The notes below the pieces were generated by a model. It was not told the origin of the DNA, ran no database searches, and saw only the letters and a list, made by a program, of their open reading frames with translations. This document shows, one piece after another, positions 49,566 to 63,599 of a DNA stretch of 64,000 nucleotides; positions within the stretch are counted from its first letter, which is position 1; each line of letters starts with the position of its first letter. Position numbers and translations under genes: made by a program. The DNA is from Hydrolagus colliei (taxonomy: Eukaryota): assembly GCA_035084275.1 (NCBI GenBank), contig CM068745.1, positions 67,828,001-67,892,000 on the forward strand. The letters are read 5' to 3'.

Positions 49566-50579
49566 ATCATTCTATCAGCTGTTTTACACATACAGTGGTA
49601 CCCCGGGGGCTGCGACCATGTGAATCTGTGAAAAACAACTAAACGATGAGCCAAGGTTGAATACTCAAAGCTATACGGTTTGAGAGTTTATAATTCTTTA
49701 ATTGATTACCTTTTGAGTTCAGAGAGGAATTCTACAAATGTTTTCCTTTGGAGATTAATAACAATAATAATACTTGCTATTTGATATAGCATTGTTCACG
49801 TCTTTTAGAAACATGTAGAATAAACATGACAGAGCAGATTGTGTATGGATTGGGAAAAGGGCAGACTTCATATGTTAAATGACCCTTTCTCTTTCAGTGC
49901 CTTCCTACATTCAAGAACCAGTTTGCTTGCTGCCAACAAATCTCCTTCAATTGAAAATATACCATCCAGAGCTGCTGCTAGCCACACCACATGGTGGCGC
50001 TCCAGATTTAGATTTGTGAGCTAACTAGGCTGCTGGGATTTCCACTCAATGGCAAGAGCTCAAGCAACAAATTGTCATAGTCTCAAACCCCACAATCAGA
50101 CCTGGGATGTGTTTATCCTCAGGGCAGTAAATATACCAATCTTTCCAGTGTGCACCTATAATGGTATTTACTGAATTAGTTCAGCCTGTTTTAGATTTTT
50201 TCATAGTTAGAGGCACATTGCCAAGGCTGGTCACTTCAACTTTATTTAACACTGGGGCATATGCAGTGAATTATCCTACTCAGCTCCTGTTAGCTCTGCA
50301 AGCCAAGGCCCCAATGGGTAGCAATATCAATAGCAAGCCATGTGGGTTTAGTGTTTCATTCCAACTGTGGGGTTATCATATGTAGGTGGGATTACAGGGA
50401 AGTCTCAACTCGATTTGGATACAAACTCAAAAGCATGGTGACAGGTTTACTCGTGTGTCAGATACCTAGCTGACCAAAAAAGAATTATTCTTTCAATCAC
50501 CATTTTTTCACTCTACTTTTCTGCTCTCTTTGAATGTGTTTTGTTTTTCCCTCCTTCTCTGTGGGTCCTATATCTTAGT

Positions 50580-50901
50580 GGCAAGTGACCTGGATTCGAT
50601 TCCCGGGCAGGGCAAAACATTAGGTAAGTTTCCTTACTCCACAAGCCTCTGTTTACCTAGCAGTAAGTTAGAACCCAGTTGTTAGTTGATCGGCAGATCG
50701 CTTTTCCGGGGATAATCCTTCCAAAAAAATTGGTCATTCAATTCAGGACTGTTGTTTGTAGGACACTGCTGTGTGCAATTGGCTGCTGCATTTCACCCAC
50801 AAAATATACAGTGAATTCACTTTATAGTATACTCTATGAAGCACTTTGAGATTTCTAGGAAGCATGATAAGGTGCGATAATCAAATGCAAGGATTATTAT
50901 T
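50580..50901 (+). mobile_element. tRNA-derived SINE (5'-truncated)
   Basis: GATTCGATTCCCGGGCAGGGC B box, core, ATT tail. Confidence 0.8.
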
Positions 50902-50907
50902 ACAGTA

Positions 50908-51110
50908 CAGTAAAAGCCCATTTATCCGACACCCTTGGGACCTGGCCAATGCCGGTTAAAGTGCGTGCCAGATATTCGGCCGAAAACACACCAAAACAAA
51001 ATGCATTTTTCCAAATGAATTCCGGTTAATCAAATGTGGACCTTTTTTTTGATGTGCCGGTTATACGGAAGTTACAGTTGATCGGGTGCTGGAAAAACTG
51101 GCTTTTACTA
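50908..51110. mobile_element. Tigger-like MITE family B
   Basis: TA|CAGTAAAAGCCCATTTATCCG ... GGCTTTTACTA|TA. Confidence 0.85.
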
Positions 51111-51141
51111 TATTACTAAAGTACTGAACCATAGATTAGTA

Positions 51142-51175
51142 CTACAGTCTAGCTACAGTCTAGCTACAGTCTAGC
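51142..51175 (+). repeat. Three tandem copies of an 11-mer
   Basis: (ctacagtctag)x3. Confidence 0.85.
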
Positions 51176-51369
51176 ACTTTGCTCTACTGACTATTATTAA
51201 TGCAAGAACCTTGACAGTGAGTATTGAAAGGCTACTCAAATAAAGGGACATTAAAATTGCAAATTAAAGTAGTAATTGGAACACTGAGACATAGTAGTAC
51301 CCTTGATTGATTACACAATTATACAGTTATGTAGTCATACCTTTGTAAATCAGTTCACTCTGACATGCA

Positions 51370-52520
51370 CCTCTTCAATACGTTTGACACAGTCAATCAC
51401 CCCATCCTTCTCTACTGCCTATTCTCCATCATCCACTTCAGTGGGACTGCACTCGCTTGGTTCGAGTCCTACCTCACAAACCGCCAGTATTACATCTATG
51501 CAAATGGTTTTTCTTCTTGCTTCTGCCTGATCACCTGCGGGGTAACTCAAGGATCCATCCTTGGCCCCCTTTTCTTCCTTATCTACATGCTCCCTCTTGG
51601 TGATGTCATCCTGGGACACATAAGGTTAACTTCCACATATATGTGGATGACATCCAATTCTACTTTTCCAATTTGAGTTGCAACCCTAGTCCACTGATGT
51701 TCTGCCAGCTCGTCTGGATGAGCGCAAATTTCCTGCAGTTAAATGATAACAAGACGGAAACCATACCCTTTGGTTCCCGTCGACATCTTTTGTCTTACGG
51801 TTCAGAGCTTCTCAACCTATTCAATTTGTCTGTCCTGAAAACTCTTGAATTCATGTGTAACTTAGGCGACATGTTCGATCCCCAGTTATCCTTCCTCCCC
51901 TACATCTGGTCCTTCACCAGCACCGCTTTCTTTTATCTCCGCCACATCGCCCATCTCCGTCAATAACTCACCCCAAAAGCTGCCAAAATCATGGTCCATG
52001 CCTTTGCCACCTCTCCGCTGGACTAAATTACCCTCCTCGCTGGCCTCCCCTCCTCCACCATTCACAAAATTCAACTCATCCAAATTCTCACCCGCGCCAA
52101 CCTATGTACCCTGATTACCCCAGTCCTTGCTAAACTGCACTGGCTCCCTGTCACAGAGCGGATCGACTTCAAGATCCTCACTTGTGTTTAAATCCTTCCA
52201 CTCCTCTCTGCACCTCCTTACCTCTCTAACCTCCTCTTTCCTCACAGCAGTACTCGTTGCCTCCACTCCACTGGGTCTGGCCTCCTTGTCCCTTGAATCT
52301 TTTGCTCCACCATCAGTGGCCATACTTTCAGCCACTACGCCCCGAAACTTTGGAGCTCCCTCCCTCAACCACTTCGCCTCAGCCCCTCTTTTTCTTTCAT
52401 CTCAGCTCCTCCTTTCCCTGCTTCAGGTCAGGCCTGAAGACCTTTCTGTTTGACCACACTTACGGTCACCTAGCCCCACCCACTGCCTCAGCCTCAGGCT
52501 CCATCATTGTGAAGTGTTCT
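51370..52520 (+). mobile_element. L2-clade LINE fragment (reverse transcriptase to 3' end), decayed
   Basis: FDTVNHPILL, GTALAWFESYLTNRQ, GVTQGSILGPLFFLIYMLPLG, YVDDIQ, FLQLNDNKTE, LHWLP motifs with frameshifts. Confidence 0.9.
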
Positions 52521-55500
52521 AAGAAAATTGTATTGAAACCATGTTTTATGCCAATAATAATCGTTAATACAATAGCTAGTTCTTGTAACAGCTATTAAAC
52601 CACTATAAATTATTGGCTTGAGACTTTAAAAGCTTGCTGTTATTGGGTATCTATGTGACAACAATGATAGAATTGCATTTGTTTAGTGCCTTTCATTAAG
52701 AAAGTTAAAGACTAACTGTGGAAGGTTACTAAAGTATAAGATTTTTCCACATGTTAATGTTGCTTGTTGTGTGTTTGAAACGGAAAAATGTACAGCTGTC
52801 ACTTTCTTCATCTTTCCTTTTAGTTGTTAACTGCAACAAATATATCCAGAGCTTGGACTTTTAATAACTGTTGCTCTTTGTTAATGAGTTGCTAGTTTGC
52901 AGTAATAAAGACATTTTCTGCATTTCAGTCAGCAATGGTCACAGGTTGATCAAATCAACATCTAGGTACTGATTAATATATCATTGTTTCCTGAGAGATA
53001 GTGTATTAATTAATCGATCCTCACTTTATTGAATTGGCTGATCTCAGCTGCTCTAACATTAGCCTCAGCAATCTTTAACATGAAAGACACAAAAAAAACT
53101 TAAATGAATTCCCTGCTCCTATTGCTATCCAGCCAACCAGACTAGAGAGTACCCCTGCTTATATGTCAATTGAAGACAAGGTCATAGTTTGCTTTAACAC
53201 CATGGACTGAATAGAGTGCTGACACTTACTATCCAGGCCAAGAAGGAATAGACTTGTAATTGGGAATTCAGTGTCCTAGTCTGAATCACCGATCCTGGCA
53301 GCCTCTTCCAATTGATAAATACCTCTGGGTAACAAACATCTTCCTGATTTCTGCCTCTGTTCTTCTAAGCCTATGTCATCTTGTTATACTGCCTTGGTGT
53401 ATTCTAAAGTATTGTTTTGGGGTTACTTTTTCAGTCGGATTTAAAGTGTTACACACCTTTCTAAAGTCCTTTCAGAGACTTATCTCAGGACTAAAGTGCC
53501 TTAGCTTGTCTAATCGAACCGTACATCTCCGGTATCAATCCTGTACATCTCCTCTGCACCCTCTCGCTAGAAGCCTTGATATCGTTGCTAAACTGTGGTG
53601 ATCATAAATGGACACCATCCGCAATCTAACAATTTATACAGGCTAAGTATCACCTATTTAGTTATAATATATGCCCTTATTTATAAAACCTAGGATTCCA
53701 TTACATTTCTTTGCAATTTTGTCCAACTGCCTTCTTGTCTTTAACTCCGAGGTATCTCTGCTCTTCTATTCCTTTTAATATTTTACAATTTAGTTAGCAT
53801 ATATTTGCTTTCCCTATTCTTCCTCCCAAAATATGACCTTGCACTTTGCTGTATTAAAGTTATCTCTCATCTTTATGCGCCTAGTTATGTATACTTTTGT
53901 CAATGGAACATGTTTAATAATTGGTTTAGTTTTATCTTGCTTGCATTGCTGCTTAATGAGGAGAGCCAGAAATCTCCAAAAACAGGAAATGGAAAGTCAT
54001 TCACAAAGTATAGTTATTACTTTATGCCAATAATTAATTCCTACAGACTTTGATCGTATGTAAAACCTATTGCCTAACCTCAGATGGGCCACATTACCAG
54101 TTATTGTACACTGTAATAATAAACAATCCTTGAATTTTTACAGAACATTGAGGATTGTCCAAAACGTTTCACAAGATTTACTGTGAAGTGAAATGACGCT
54201 GTATTCGTGGGCACACGTGGCAGCCAATGTGCGCAAAGTGATGTTCCACAAACAGCAATGAAGTGAATGACCAATTGGTTTATTTGAGGGATTGCTGGCC
54301 GGTACATTGGGAAAACTATCTAGTCTCATCCAAAGGACATCACCTGCAATAAAGCAACACCTCCCAGCAGTGCATTGATATATCAACTTAGAGTATGAAA
54401 TTCCAAGACCTGATGTAACAGTGTTTCATTTTTACTTTAAATAACTTTTGTTGCAACCAAAGTTTCAAGTTATTAGCTTTGCCACTTTTTGTATTTTGAA
54501 TCCTTGATCTTGCAAAACTGAGGATCACAACTACTAATTGGATGCGTTTTGCTGAGGTTTCTCCGTTGGAAATTCTCTGACAACAGCTAAATAACTGCTA
54601 TAAAAGCAGTTACTTCCTCAACACAATTATAGTAACAACCATTATAACAGAGCCATCATGCTGACTACTTTAATACCCACATGCAATATATTGCGTAAAT
54701 TCCATTTCATGTTTTGTGACATATCCACTCCATTCCATGTTCCATTCCTTGTTTTTGGTCAGACACAATTGGAATAGTGATTTAAATATATGAATATAAT
54801 ATAAAATACCCAAACTGTTATCTACGTGTACATCGCCACCATTCTTGAACTGAATAAAGATAAAGATTTTTTTTAATAGTCTTAACACACAGGAAGCATT
54901 CACAGCCATACGTTTAGAACCATAGAGTCCTGTACTGTATAAGTAATGCAATATATGCTGGACCTGCAGTGTGTTCAGAATTACTCCCTGGGAACGGGGG
55001 AGTGATAACTTTTTTAAGGAGACTGCTACTGGCACTAATGGTTGAATTAGCAGAGTGGGGGAATACTAGAGAGACGAGTATTCTCTGCGAGTGCGGGGAA
55101 GCCAATGAATTTGATTAATTTTAAGTATTGGGCTGCTGCAGGATGATTTGCTCTGCTTCGTCTGAGAAAGGCCCCCATCAACGCTGCAGCAATGTGAGTG
55201 TTGTTAAAAGAGGGTAACGGGTCGGTAGGAAGCAGCCGCATGTTAGAGACCGGCAGACGAGAGTGAGATAAAAATAAGCTGAATGCTGGAATTGTGAAAT
55301 GAAAGCAGGCTGTGTGAGCTGGCAAGGCACAGGCGGACGGCATGATCTGGTTTGAAAGAGAAGAGGCTATTATCTCATGTGTGACTCTTCCTTCATCACA
55401 ATTCAAATGGAGAGGTGGTCTCTGTTTTGAGGCAATGGCTTCTGAGAGACAGAGAGGTTCAATCAATGCGATGCTAAATACAATCTCTTCTTATTATGGT

Positions 55501-55835
55501 TTTAGGATAGAGCGCAGGATTTCATGGCTAACAAATGATGACAGTACAATACTGGGCAATTTGTTGCAGTGTGTATCAATGACAATGCGATGGTGCCTTG
55601 CTGCATTCTATGTCTGTTAATGGGTGCTGCTGTAACCCTAAGAGATCACATCACAGCATGTATTAGCCCTTTAGAAGGAAGGTGAAAAGGTGAGGGGGGG
55701 TGTTACTTAACAGATCACATTGTACCCATGCTAACTTTTAATGTGGCTCATGTACACCGTGTAACAAATACCTCTGTGTATTATGCGGTTTGTTTTTCTC
55801 TTTAAAACACCTTGTAAATTGTCTATTAACCGCAG

Positions 55836-56512
55836 TGGAGTCGGGTACCTCAGTGGTTAGAGCACTCAAGCACATGAGAATTTGATTCCTGGCTGTACAA
55901 GATGTTGGGCAAGTTTCCTCACTTGGGATGTCCTCCCGACGTGAAAGGCGCTCAATAAAATATAATTTTGTTGTTGTTTGTTGTTTAGCTAGCAGTAAGT
56001 AGGAACACAGTTGTTAGTTGATTGGAGATCGCTTTTCTGAGGGTAATAATGGTTCCCTCAAAAAATACTACAGTAAAAGCCTGTTTATCCGTGACTCGAT
56101 GAACCGGCACTTCCATATAACCGGCACGCCCCAAAAAAAGTCCCCATTCGATAAACCGGAATTTATCCGGAACAACAGCAGTGGAGCATTTGTAAATTTG
56201 CATTTGCATTTGTGTATGGTGTGTGTTATAAGAACTTAAATTTTTTTGTAGTGGGGTTTCGGCCGTGGGTCGCCCGAATATCCGGCACGCGCTTTAACCG
56301 GCATTGGCCAGGTCCTGTGGGTGCCGGATAAACGGGCTTCTACTGTAATAATAAATTGGTCACTCAATCCATGACTGTTTGTGAGACATGCTGTGCGCAA
56401 TTGGCTGCTGCATTTTGTCTACAAAATATAGTCAATTCACTTTAAGTATGTTCTGTGAATTGCTTCAGACATCTTGAAGATGTGGCGCTCTATCAAATGC
56501 AAAGATTATTAT
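55836..56512 (+). mobile_element. tRNA-derived SINE interrupted by an L2 tail and a MITE
   Basis: Head at 55836, L2 3' end at ~55923-55985, MITE at 56071-56345, then core and tail resume. Confidence 0.8.
56071..56345. mobile_element. Tigger-like MITE family B (275 bp) nested in a SINE
   Basis: TA|CAGTAAAAGCCTGTTTATCCG ... CGGATAAACGGGCTTCTACTG|TA; colinear with the ends of 1526-2262. Confidence 0.88.
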
Positions 56513-56557
56513 ATTACGGGATTACATTTTTTTTTAATAGAGAAATATACATATTTT

Positions 56558-56767
56558 CAGTAAAAGCCCATTTATCCGGCACCCGATCAACTGTAACTTC
56601 CATATAACCGGCATCGCAAAAAAAAGTCTGCATTCGATTAACTGTAATTTATCCGGAAAAATGCAGTTTTAATTTTTTTTTGCGTTTGTTTTCAGCCGAA
56701 CATCCGGCAGGCACTTTAACCGGCATTGGCCAGGTCCCGAGGGTGCCGGATAAACGGGCTTTTACTG
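56558..56767. mobile_element. Tigger-like MITE family B
   Basis: CAGTAAAAGCCCATTTATCCGGCACCC ... GGGTGCCGGATAAACGGGCTTTTACTG|TA. Confidence 0.88.
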
Positions 56768-57329
56768 TACAAGGTTTTGACCAGCCATCATGGTATCAGG
56801 CAATGTACATAACCCAATTGAACGCAAGTTATTATCAAGGACCTATCAGGATTTTGGAGGCAAATCCTGTAATGCAAAGAAAGGACATTGTCTCAAAATT
56901 TGATTTGAAGCCATAGACTTTGAAAGATGTCCTCAAGAACAAGAAGAAAATATTATCTTTCTAATACTGTGCATCACAGTACTGTATATGGAAAGAATGT
57001 GCTACCATAACTTTAATATGCATGGGTTAAGCATTTGTGTATAAAATCCAAATTGTGCATAACTTTTCTTTAAGTCATATACGATATGAGTTACGTGAAA
57101 CTTGCATAGATCATATTTTGCACAAGGTATATTAAATTTAAGGTCCCAACTAAGTACCCTGGGATGCTACCCTGCATGAGGGGTGCTATATAGGAGCAAG
57201 TTGTTGTGATTGTTGTGAGGTTTAAAGTATGACCCTTGTACATATGTAAACATGCTGAGGTACTGTTACTGTCAGTGAGTCACCACCAATGCTGACATTA
57301 TGCTGACAAACAAATTGCCTTAGATTTAC

Positions 57330-57655
57330 CTGTGTACTTTATGATGCTATTTGTGTCACCACCCCATGGTGAGATGTGAGATGAAATGTATTGTTGGGCA
57401 TATTTCCTTTAGATGAGATTTTAAACCAAGGGCCTGTCTGCCTCTTCAGGTGGACATTAAAGATTTGATGAGACAAAGTTTCTCGCAAGTATTTTGGCAA
57501 ACATTCCTTCAGATTAATTGACCATTCAATTCTGTGTGTGGAAGGAACCTTGCTGGTATAATTGGCTGTGATGGTTGCCAACAAATACAATTACTACACT
57601 TCGCAGTAATTATTTATGAAGAGTTTTAATATGAAAAGGCAGTGTGAAAATTTTA
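57330..57655 (+). mobile_element. Deu-domain SINE relic
   Basis: ctttagatgagattttaaaccaagggcctgtctgcctcttcaggtggacattaaagat resembles the Deu core as I recall it. Weaker minus-strand relics lie at ~32190-32400 and ~54130-54420. Confidence 0.6.
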
Positions 57656-58204
57656 AGTTCTTTCTGAATGTGGAAACATGCTGAGTGGAGCTGGACTGAC
57701 GCTATCCTGATTCGATTGTCGTTGGTGGAGAGGAGATGTAGCTGGACTGAATCAGTGGGAGTCTACTGTGCTAGCAGGTCACTCCTGTGAAATGGTACTT
57801 GATCTCAAAATCTACTCTTGTGCTCCTCACATTTTCAAGTCTCTTTACTTTCTGGTTGATCTGCATCTGGAAACTTTTTATGATTTAGGTCAAATAATTG
57901 GTTTAATTGCTGTCAGTGTACCATTGTGAAATAAGTATGCTGAGGATGGCAATATTTTAACTGCTGTTAACAATAGCTGTTTATTACTCATGTGTAAAAG
58001 TCATGAGGGCTAAAGTGCACGATAAGAGGTTGTTATTTCTGTTGGTAATATGGAAATTGTGATCTGTGCTTGATGAGCTCTGTTGTAAACATCCAGGCCA
58101 TGAAAACAGAATTGTCCTTGATTGCAGGAAATTCACTTGTCTGCGATGCTAGAGACAAAACTATAGCTATTTATAGGAGAACTGATCTATAAATTACTGT
58201 TCCA

Positions 58205-58992
58205 TTTTCAACTTGCCAAAGCTTTGGAACGCGTCGTCGCTGACCAGCTTTGATCACACCTCCCCCTCCACTCCCACCTTGAGCCCCTCCAGTCCGGTTT
58301 CCGCGCAGCCCACAGCACATCGCTCGTCAAGGCCACAAAGGCTGAACTCTCTCTCTGACCCGGACTGCCTCTGCCTCCTCGTCCTCCTGGACACAATTGA
58401 CCACGCCATCCTCCTCCACCACTGCTTCTCCCTTATCCACTTTAGTGGGACTGCACTAGCCTGGTTCGAGTCCTACATAACAAATCACCATCACTTTGTC
58501 TCTTCATACGGTTTCCCCAGCTCCACTATGCACGGGATCCAGCTGATGCAAAACTTTGCCGCCTTCATACTCACCTCCACGAACCCCATCCCCCATTACA
58601 CCAGCTCTAATTAAGCTCCACTGACTCCCTATTGCCGAATGAATCGATTTCAAGATCCGCACACTTGTTTTCAAATCCCTTCATGCCCCGTCACCTCACT
58701 ACCTTTCTGACCAGCTTACCTCCGACCCACTGCCTCTGCTCGACTGGCTCTTGGCCTTCTTTATGTCCCTCGTGCCTTCTTCCATCATTGGCGGCCACGC
58801 TTTCAGCCACTGCAAAACTCTGCAACACCCTTCTTGTATCCCTCCGCTTTGCCCCTTTCTTCACCATTTCAGGTCAAGGCTGAAGACCTTCCTCTGTGCC
58901 TACCCCCAGTTTGGTGTCGTGCTCTGCACTGTCAATTGCTCTGGGATGGTACCCTGCATGAGTGGCGCTGTATAAATGTAATTTGTTGTTGT
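58205..58992 (+). mobile_element. L2 LINE fragment with internal deletion
   Basis: LLVLLDTIDHAILL, GTALAWFESY joined directly to the C-terminal QLMQNFAA region; ggcgctgtataaatgtaa(ttg)n tail. Confidence 0.85.
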
Positions 58993-60136
58993 ATTTGTTG
59001 GTGCACTGTTAAAAAGCATCATTGATTCGTTATTTTCAATGCTGCAGTTCTGCTGTGAGCAAACTGGAGAAAGACATCAGTTATTGCCGGCCAGTGTGAT
59101 TAACAAAAACAAAGACTCCAGGGAAGGCATTCTGGCTGCTGATCAGTAATCCTTCTAATAAGTTTTTTTGCAATGTATATGAAAGAAACAGTTGTTACAT
59201 TGAAGGACCAGAATATGTGGGGAGCGCACATCTGTCTTCTTGCTCGGCTTGCTTTATCCCTTCGTAGGATGGTCGAGATCAGGAACTCACCTCGTGGATA
59301 ATACTGGCTATTAAAATATACACCACTTATGAGCACAATGCAGTGCCACACAAGTGAGCCACAATATTCTGCTATATTTGACCAATTGGCAGTCTGAGCA
59401 TATCGGTACTTAGTGTAGTCAGATTCTGAAGGAAGTGGAGGACAAAATAGAATACAAATCCACCAAAAAAAGCATTTCTAAATGATGTTAAGCAGATGGA
59501 TTTATGTTCCTATGGAATCCAGTGAAGTTTATTCACTGGGTTAATGGACTGAGCTGTTAATCCTTTCGGCAGCCACTTCCTATCATGCTGAAGCTCTCAG
59601 TGAGGTGCAATTTCAACAACTTATGTTTGTATAATGCCTTTCATGTAAAGGAATGTCATGGGCCATGGTGGCTGGAAGCTTGACCCCTGATTCAGGAACA
59701 AAGGGTTTGAAACAAAGGGAGAGGAAAGCGAGCGTCAGATCATAAGAGCAGACATTTCAGATCGGAATGTCAGTCTGCAAATGATTGTGTATTTATCTCA
59801 CAATGTTGCTTATTCCTCTTAATAATTACTCATTATTTTATTAAAAATCTTTTAATTTTTAATAAAATAAAAAGGGCCTGTTTCACTTATAAAATTTTGT
59901 CCGAATGTTATTTTTAAAGAGTTATCAGAGTACGCAAGTCAATTGTGTTACTACGCTGCCTGAGGTCAGCTATCTCAGACTGTGGATCAAATCTGAGACC
60001 TCACTGGTCTGCATGATTGGCCATTGTCTCACAATAGAAGAAATAGCTTGTACTATTATTATTGTAATTTACCAGTTGGAAAGATGTACTTCACATGTAA
60101 TTAATATCAAATATAGTGATTGTTTTTATAGGTAAA

Positions 60137-60688
60137 TTCTTCCCAATTCCTCCCTCCATAAATTGCAGATAATCCAGAACTCTGTGGTCCGTGTCCTCTA
60201 CTGCCCCAAGCTTCATGACCCCATCGGCCCCTTCCTTGCCCGACTCCATTGGCTCCCCATCACCCAAAGGATCCAGTTCAACATTCTGGTCCCCACATTC
60301 AAAGCCCTCCATGACCTTAACCCACCCTACATCTGCGACCTCCTTACCCCCTTAAAACCTGCCCACCCCCTCTGCTCAGCAAGCTCCGGCCGGCTCCACG
60401 TTCCCCGACCCATCCGCCTCACCTTTGGTGGGCGAGCCTTCAGCCACTCTGTCCCCAACTTCTGGAACGCCATCCCACAGTCCCACCGCCTCACCCCCTC
60501 TCTGGCATCCGTCAAGTCCCACCTCAAGAACCTCCTCTTCATTGGTCCTATCGATCACCCCGAATCCCCTCCTTTCCCTCCACCCTCCCCGACCCCATCT
60601 CGGGTCTGAAACAATGACTGTCCAATGCCTTGGGACATCCTCCTGACGTGAAAGGCGCTATACAAGTGTCATTTTATTGTTGTTGTTG
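60137..60688 (+). mobile_element. L2 LINE 3' fragment
   Basis: LQIIQNSVVR..LARLHWLPITQRIQFNIL..GGRAFSHSVPNFWNAIP; tail ccttgggacatcctcctgacgtgaaaggcgctatac(ttg)n. Confidence 0.9.
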
Positions 60689-62746
60689 TAAACATAATGT
60701 GCATAAAAGAGCTACATATACAGTGAACTCCTAATATCTGATCTCTCCAAAGGGCAAGGGCTCAGTGATAAGTCGTCTGGAGTGGCAAATTAAACATCTG
60801 CATCAATACATGAATCTACATCCCTGGATTGTTATACAATATAGTATACTAAAATACATAAATAATGCAACTGGGATATTGATACAATGTTGACTTAAGT
60901 GGTAGTGACAAATGAAGCCGGGGTTAAGTTATTAGGAGTTTTCTGTAGCTATGAGGTGAATGCCAATTAATCTGGAGGATCAGGACACCAGGAAAATCAC
61001 CTTGTCATTTATTTGCATTTGAAGATACAGTACTTAACATTCACAAAGAGGTCAGTTTAACCTCTCCCAAAAGACAGCCAAATTGACACCTACTGAATTA
61101 TCAGTGCAGTGCATGATGAATAGGTTTGACAATGTACTTTGCACAAATGATATCTGTTTACTGTACTAAATAATACTGTAATAAAAGCTTACCTGTTGCT
61201 TCTAAAAGTAGATTGTAATACAGGGTACTAAAATAATAAATTAGTCTTGAAGGAGTTCCCAAATGATTTAAAATAGTTGAGTCATATTTTTCATTTAGTT
61301 TATTTATAGAGTTCTCAATATACTGGAATTAAAATTACCCTTTAGTTTTCATTATGTACCCTCTCCTTGCCTGTCATCAGATCTCAAGATCATCCTTCAT
61401 GACCTATGGTCTCCTCCCCACCCAAACCATCCCTCCCCCACAATCCAACATCGTCAAGTGCTCCGAGCTTTACCTGTATAAAGGGTGCTTTACAAATGCA
61501 AGTTGTTGTCATCTGTTGCATAGAACTTGTCTGCACAATCTGTTTCTTTTTAAAAATAATTTCAAGAAGTATCAACTCATCCAGTCATGATCCGACAGTA
61601 CTTCATGCTCTGCTCAAAATAGAATGTACATCTAAACTGGTAGAATATTTTATTAGAGAGAATTCTTCGTAACACTGCCAGGACTGCCATTTTGGGATCA
61701 GCACTTCAAACAGCTGAGCTACACAAACATGAAAATAGTTTAGTACTGCAGTAATATATCTATTTATGTAAGAATGCTATACAAGTTGCTTTTCAAAAAG
61801 TTGTTCAACTGCTAAAAACAAATACCTGAGGTAAGCTTTCTAGCAATATCTTTAGTTTGAATAGTATTTGTTAGTCAAAATAACAGCTTGCAGCACCTTC
61901 ATCTTTAAAACAAACAACTTCTAATACAAATCTGATATAAAGGTTACAAAGTTGTGTCACTTTGGAGTGTGTAATCAATGAATTAATTGTTTAGAGGTGC
62001 ACTACAATGTTGAATCAACAGGCATTCTCTACTCAAGCTTGGTGTATACTGGATAAAGAGCCAGCAAAAGCTTCCGTGGATATATAGGGGGCATGCGTTC
62101 TGAGTTATTAACACCAAAGAGACTTTGCAAATGACACCAGCAGTGGAGTTTATCTGCATAGTGATAATAAATCTCTGTAAGGAATCAAACAAGGAAAATG
62201 AGAGCCAGAATAAATGAAGAAAATGCAGATTAGGCTAAATTTTGGATACAGGAGAGAATGGGTCAGAGGCGAGAAGATCAGTTGTTGCTGTTTGTTTCCT
62301 CAAACACGAGGAATTTCATTTTGAAATTATTTTGTTTACTTGTCCCCCACAGCCTCCTGCTAAGGCTGCATTCTGCCACAACAGTGAAACTGGTGCCAAG
62401 TGTCAGAAACAGGTCCAAAGCTTACTTCCCAGGATCTGTGTGTTAATGTGTTAATTTTGAGACTGCCACAAGAATCTAGGACCTACATTTTGCATGGTCC
62501 TTCCGGAAAATCATGGACTTAAGATTCAAGATTGTTCAGGAATAATTGGAATATTCTTCAATTTATTCTTAATTTTTTTTAAACTTCCAAATTATGGCTG
62601 AATCTGTTACAGGTTGATTGCCCTTTGCCGACTTACCATCTGATTACTCCATTTATATTTAAAAAATGATTTTTCTTTCCCATATAAAGCAGCCAAGGTT
62701 ATCAATCCACTGTATGATAAATCCTGGTCAGGAACCCATGTCTTAT

Positions 62747-63111
62747 CGGAGTCCTGCAGCTTAGAGGTTAGAGCATTTGCCTCACAAGCCAAAGGACCTG
62801 GGTTTGTTTCTTGGGCAGGACAAAACCTCGGCAAGTTTACTAACTCAACATGACTCTGTTTACTAAGTAGTAAGTCGGACTAGTTGATTGGTGGATCGCT
62901 TTTCCGGGCGTGGTAATCCATTCAAATAAAAAAAACATTACTTTAGTCACTTCATTCTACGATTGTCAGTGGGACACTGTTGTGTGCAATTGGCTGCCAT
63001 GTTTTGGCCACAAAATATACAGTCAATTTACTTCACCCTGTATTCTGTTAAGCGCTTTGAGATGTCTTGAAGACATGGTGAGGTGCTATATCAAATGCAA
63101 GGATTATTATT
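62747..63111 (+). mobile_element. tRNA-derived SINE, same family
   Basis: ggagtcctgcagcttagaggttagagca head, core, caaatgcaaggattattatt tail. Confidence 0.85.
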
Positions 63112-63599
63112 GTCACTTGTCGGGGGTTATAACCTACTATGGGTGAATAGTTTGGGGTTACTCTCAAAATCTAGCCTTCATAGGGCAGAATGTTTTGTTT
63201 ATTTTTAAATACCTTATGTACCCTCAAACCTTATTTCTTTTTTAAAAAAAGTTATCTGGTATTTATTTCGCTTTGTGCATGGGAATGATTGATACAATAA
63301 TGAGCCAGTGAAGTCTGTTTCTGTCACTTGGAAGGTCTATGAAACAAACCAGTTTGAATATTCTTAAGCATGGTGATGTGTTTCCGGATGTGCCAGACAC
63401 CCCAAAAAAATTAAAGAAACTAGGCAGCGTGGGCCAGAGCAAGCAGTTGCCATCTTTTTAGCATCCCAACATCGGGACTCTTTACCAGTAGAGAAAAGGA
63501 GCACTGTTCTGTTTCAGTTTATCTTTAAAACATTGTTAGATTATATTTTTTAATTGGCAGATGATTAGCATTAATGTTAATGATATTACGTGACTTTTT

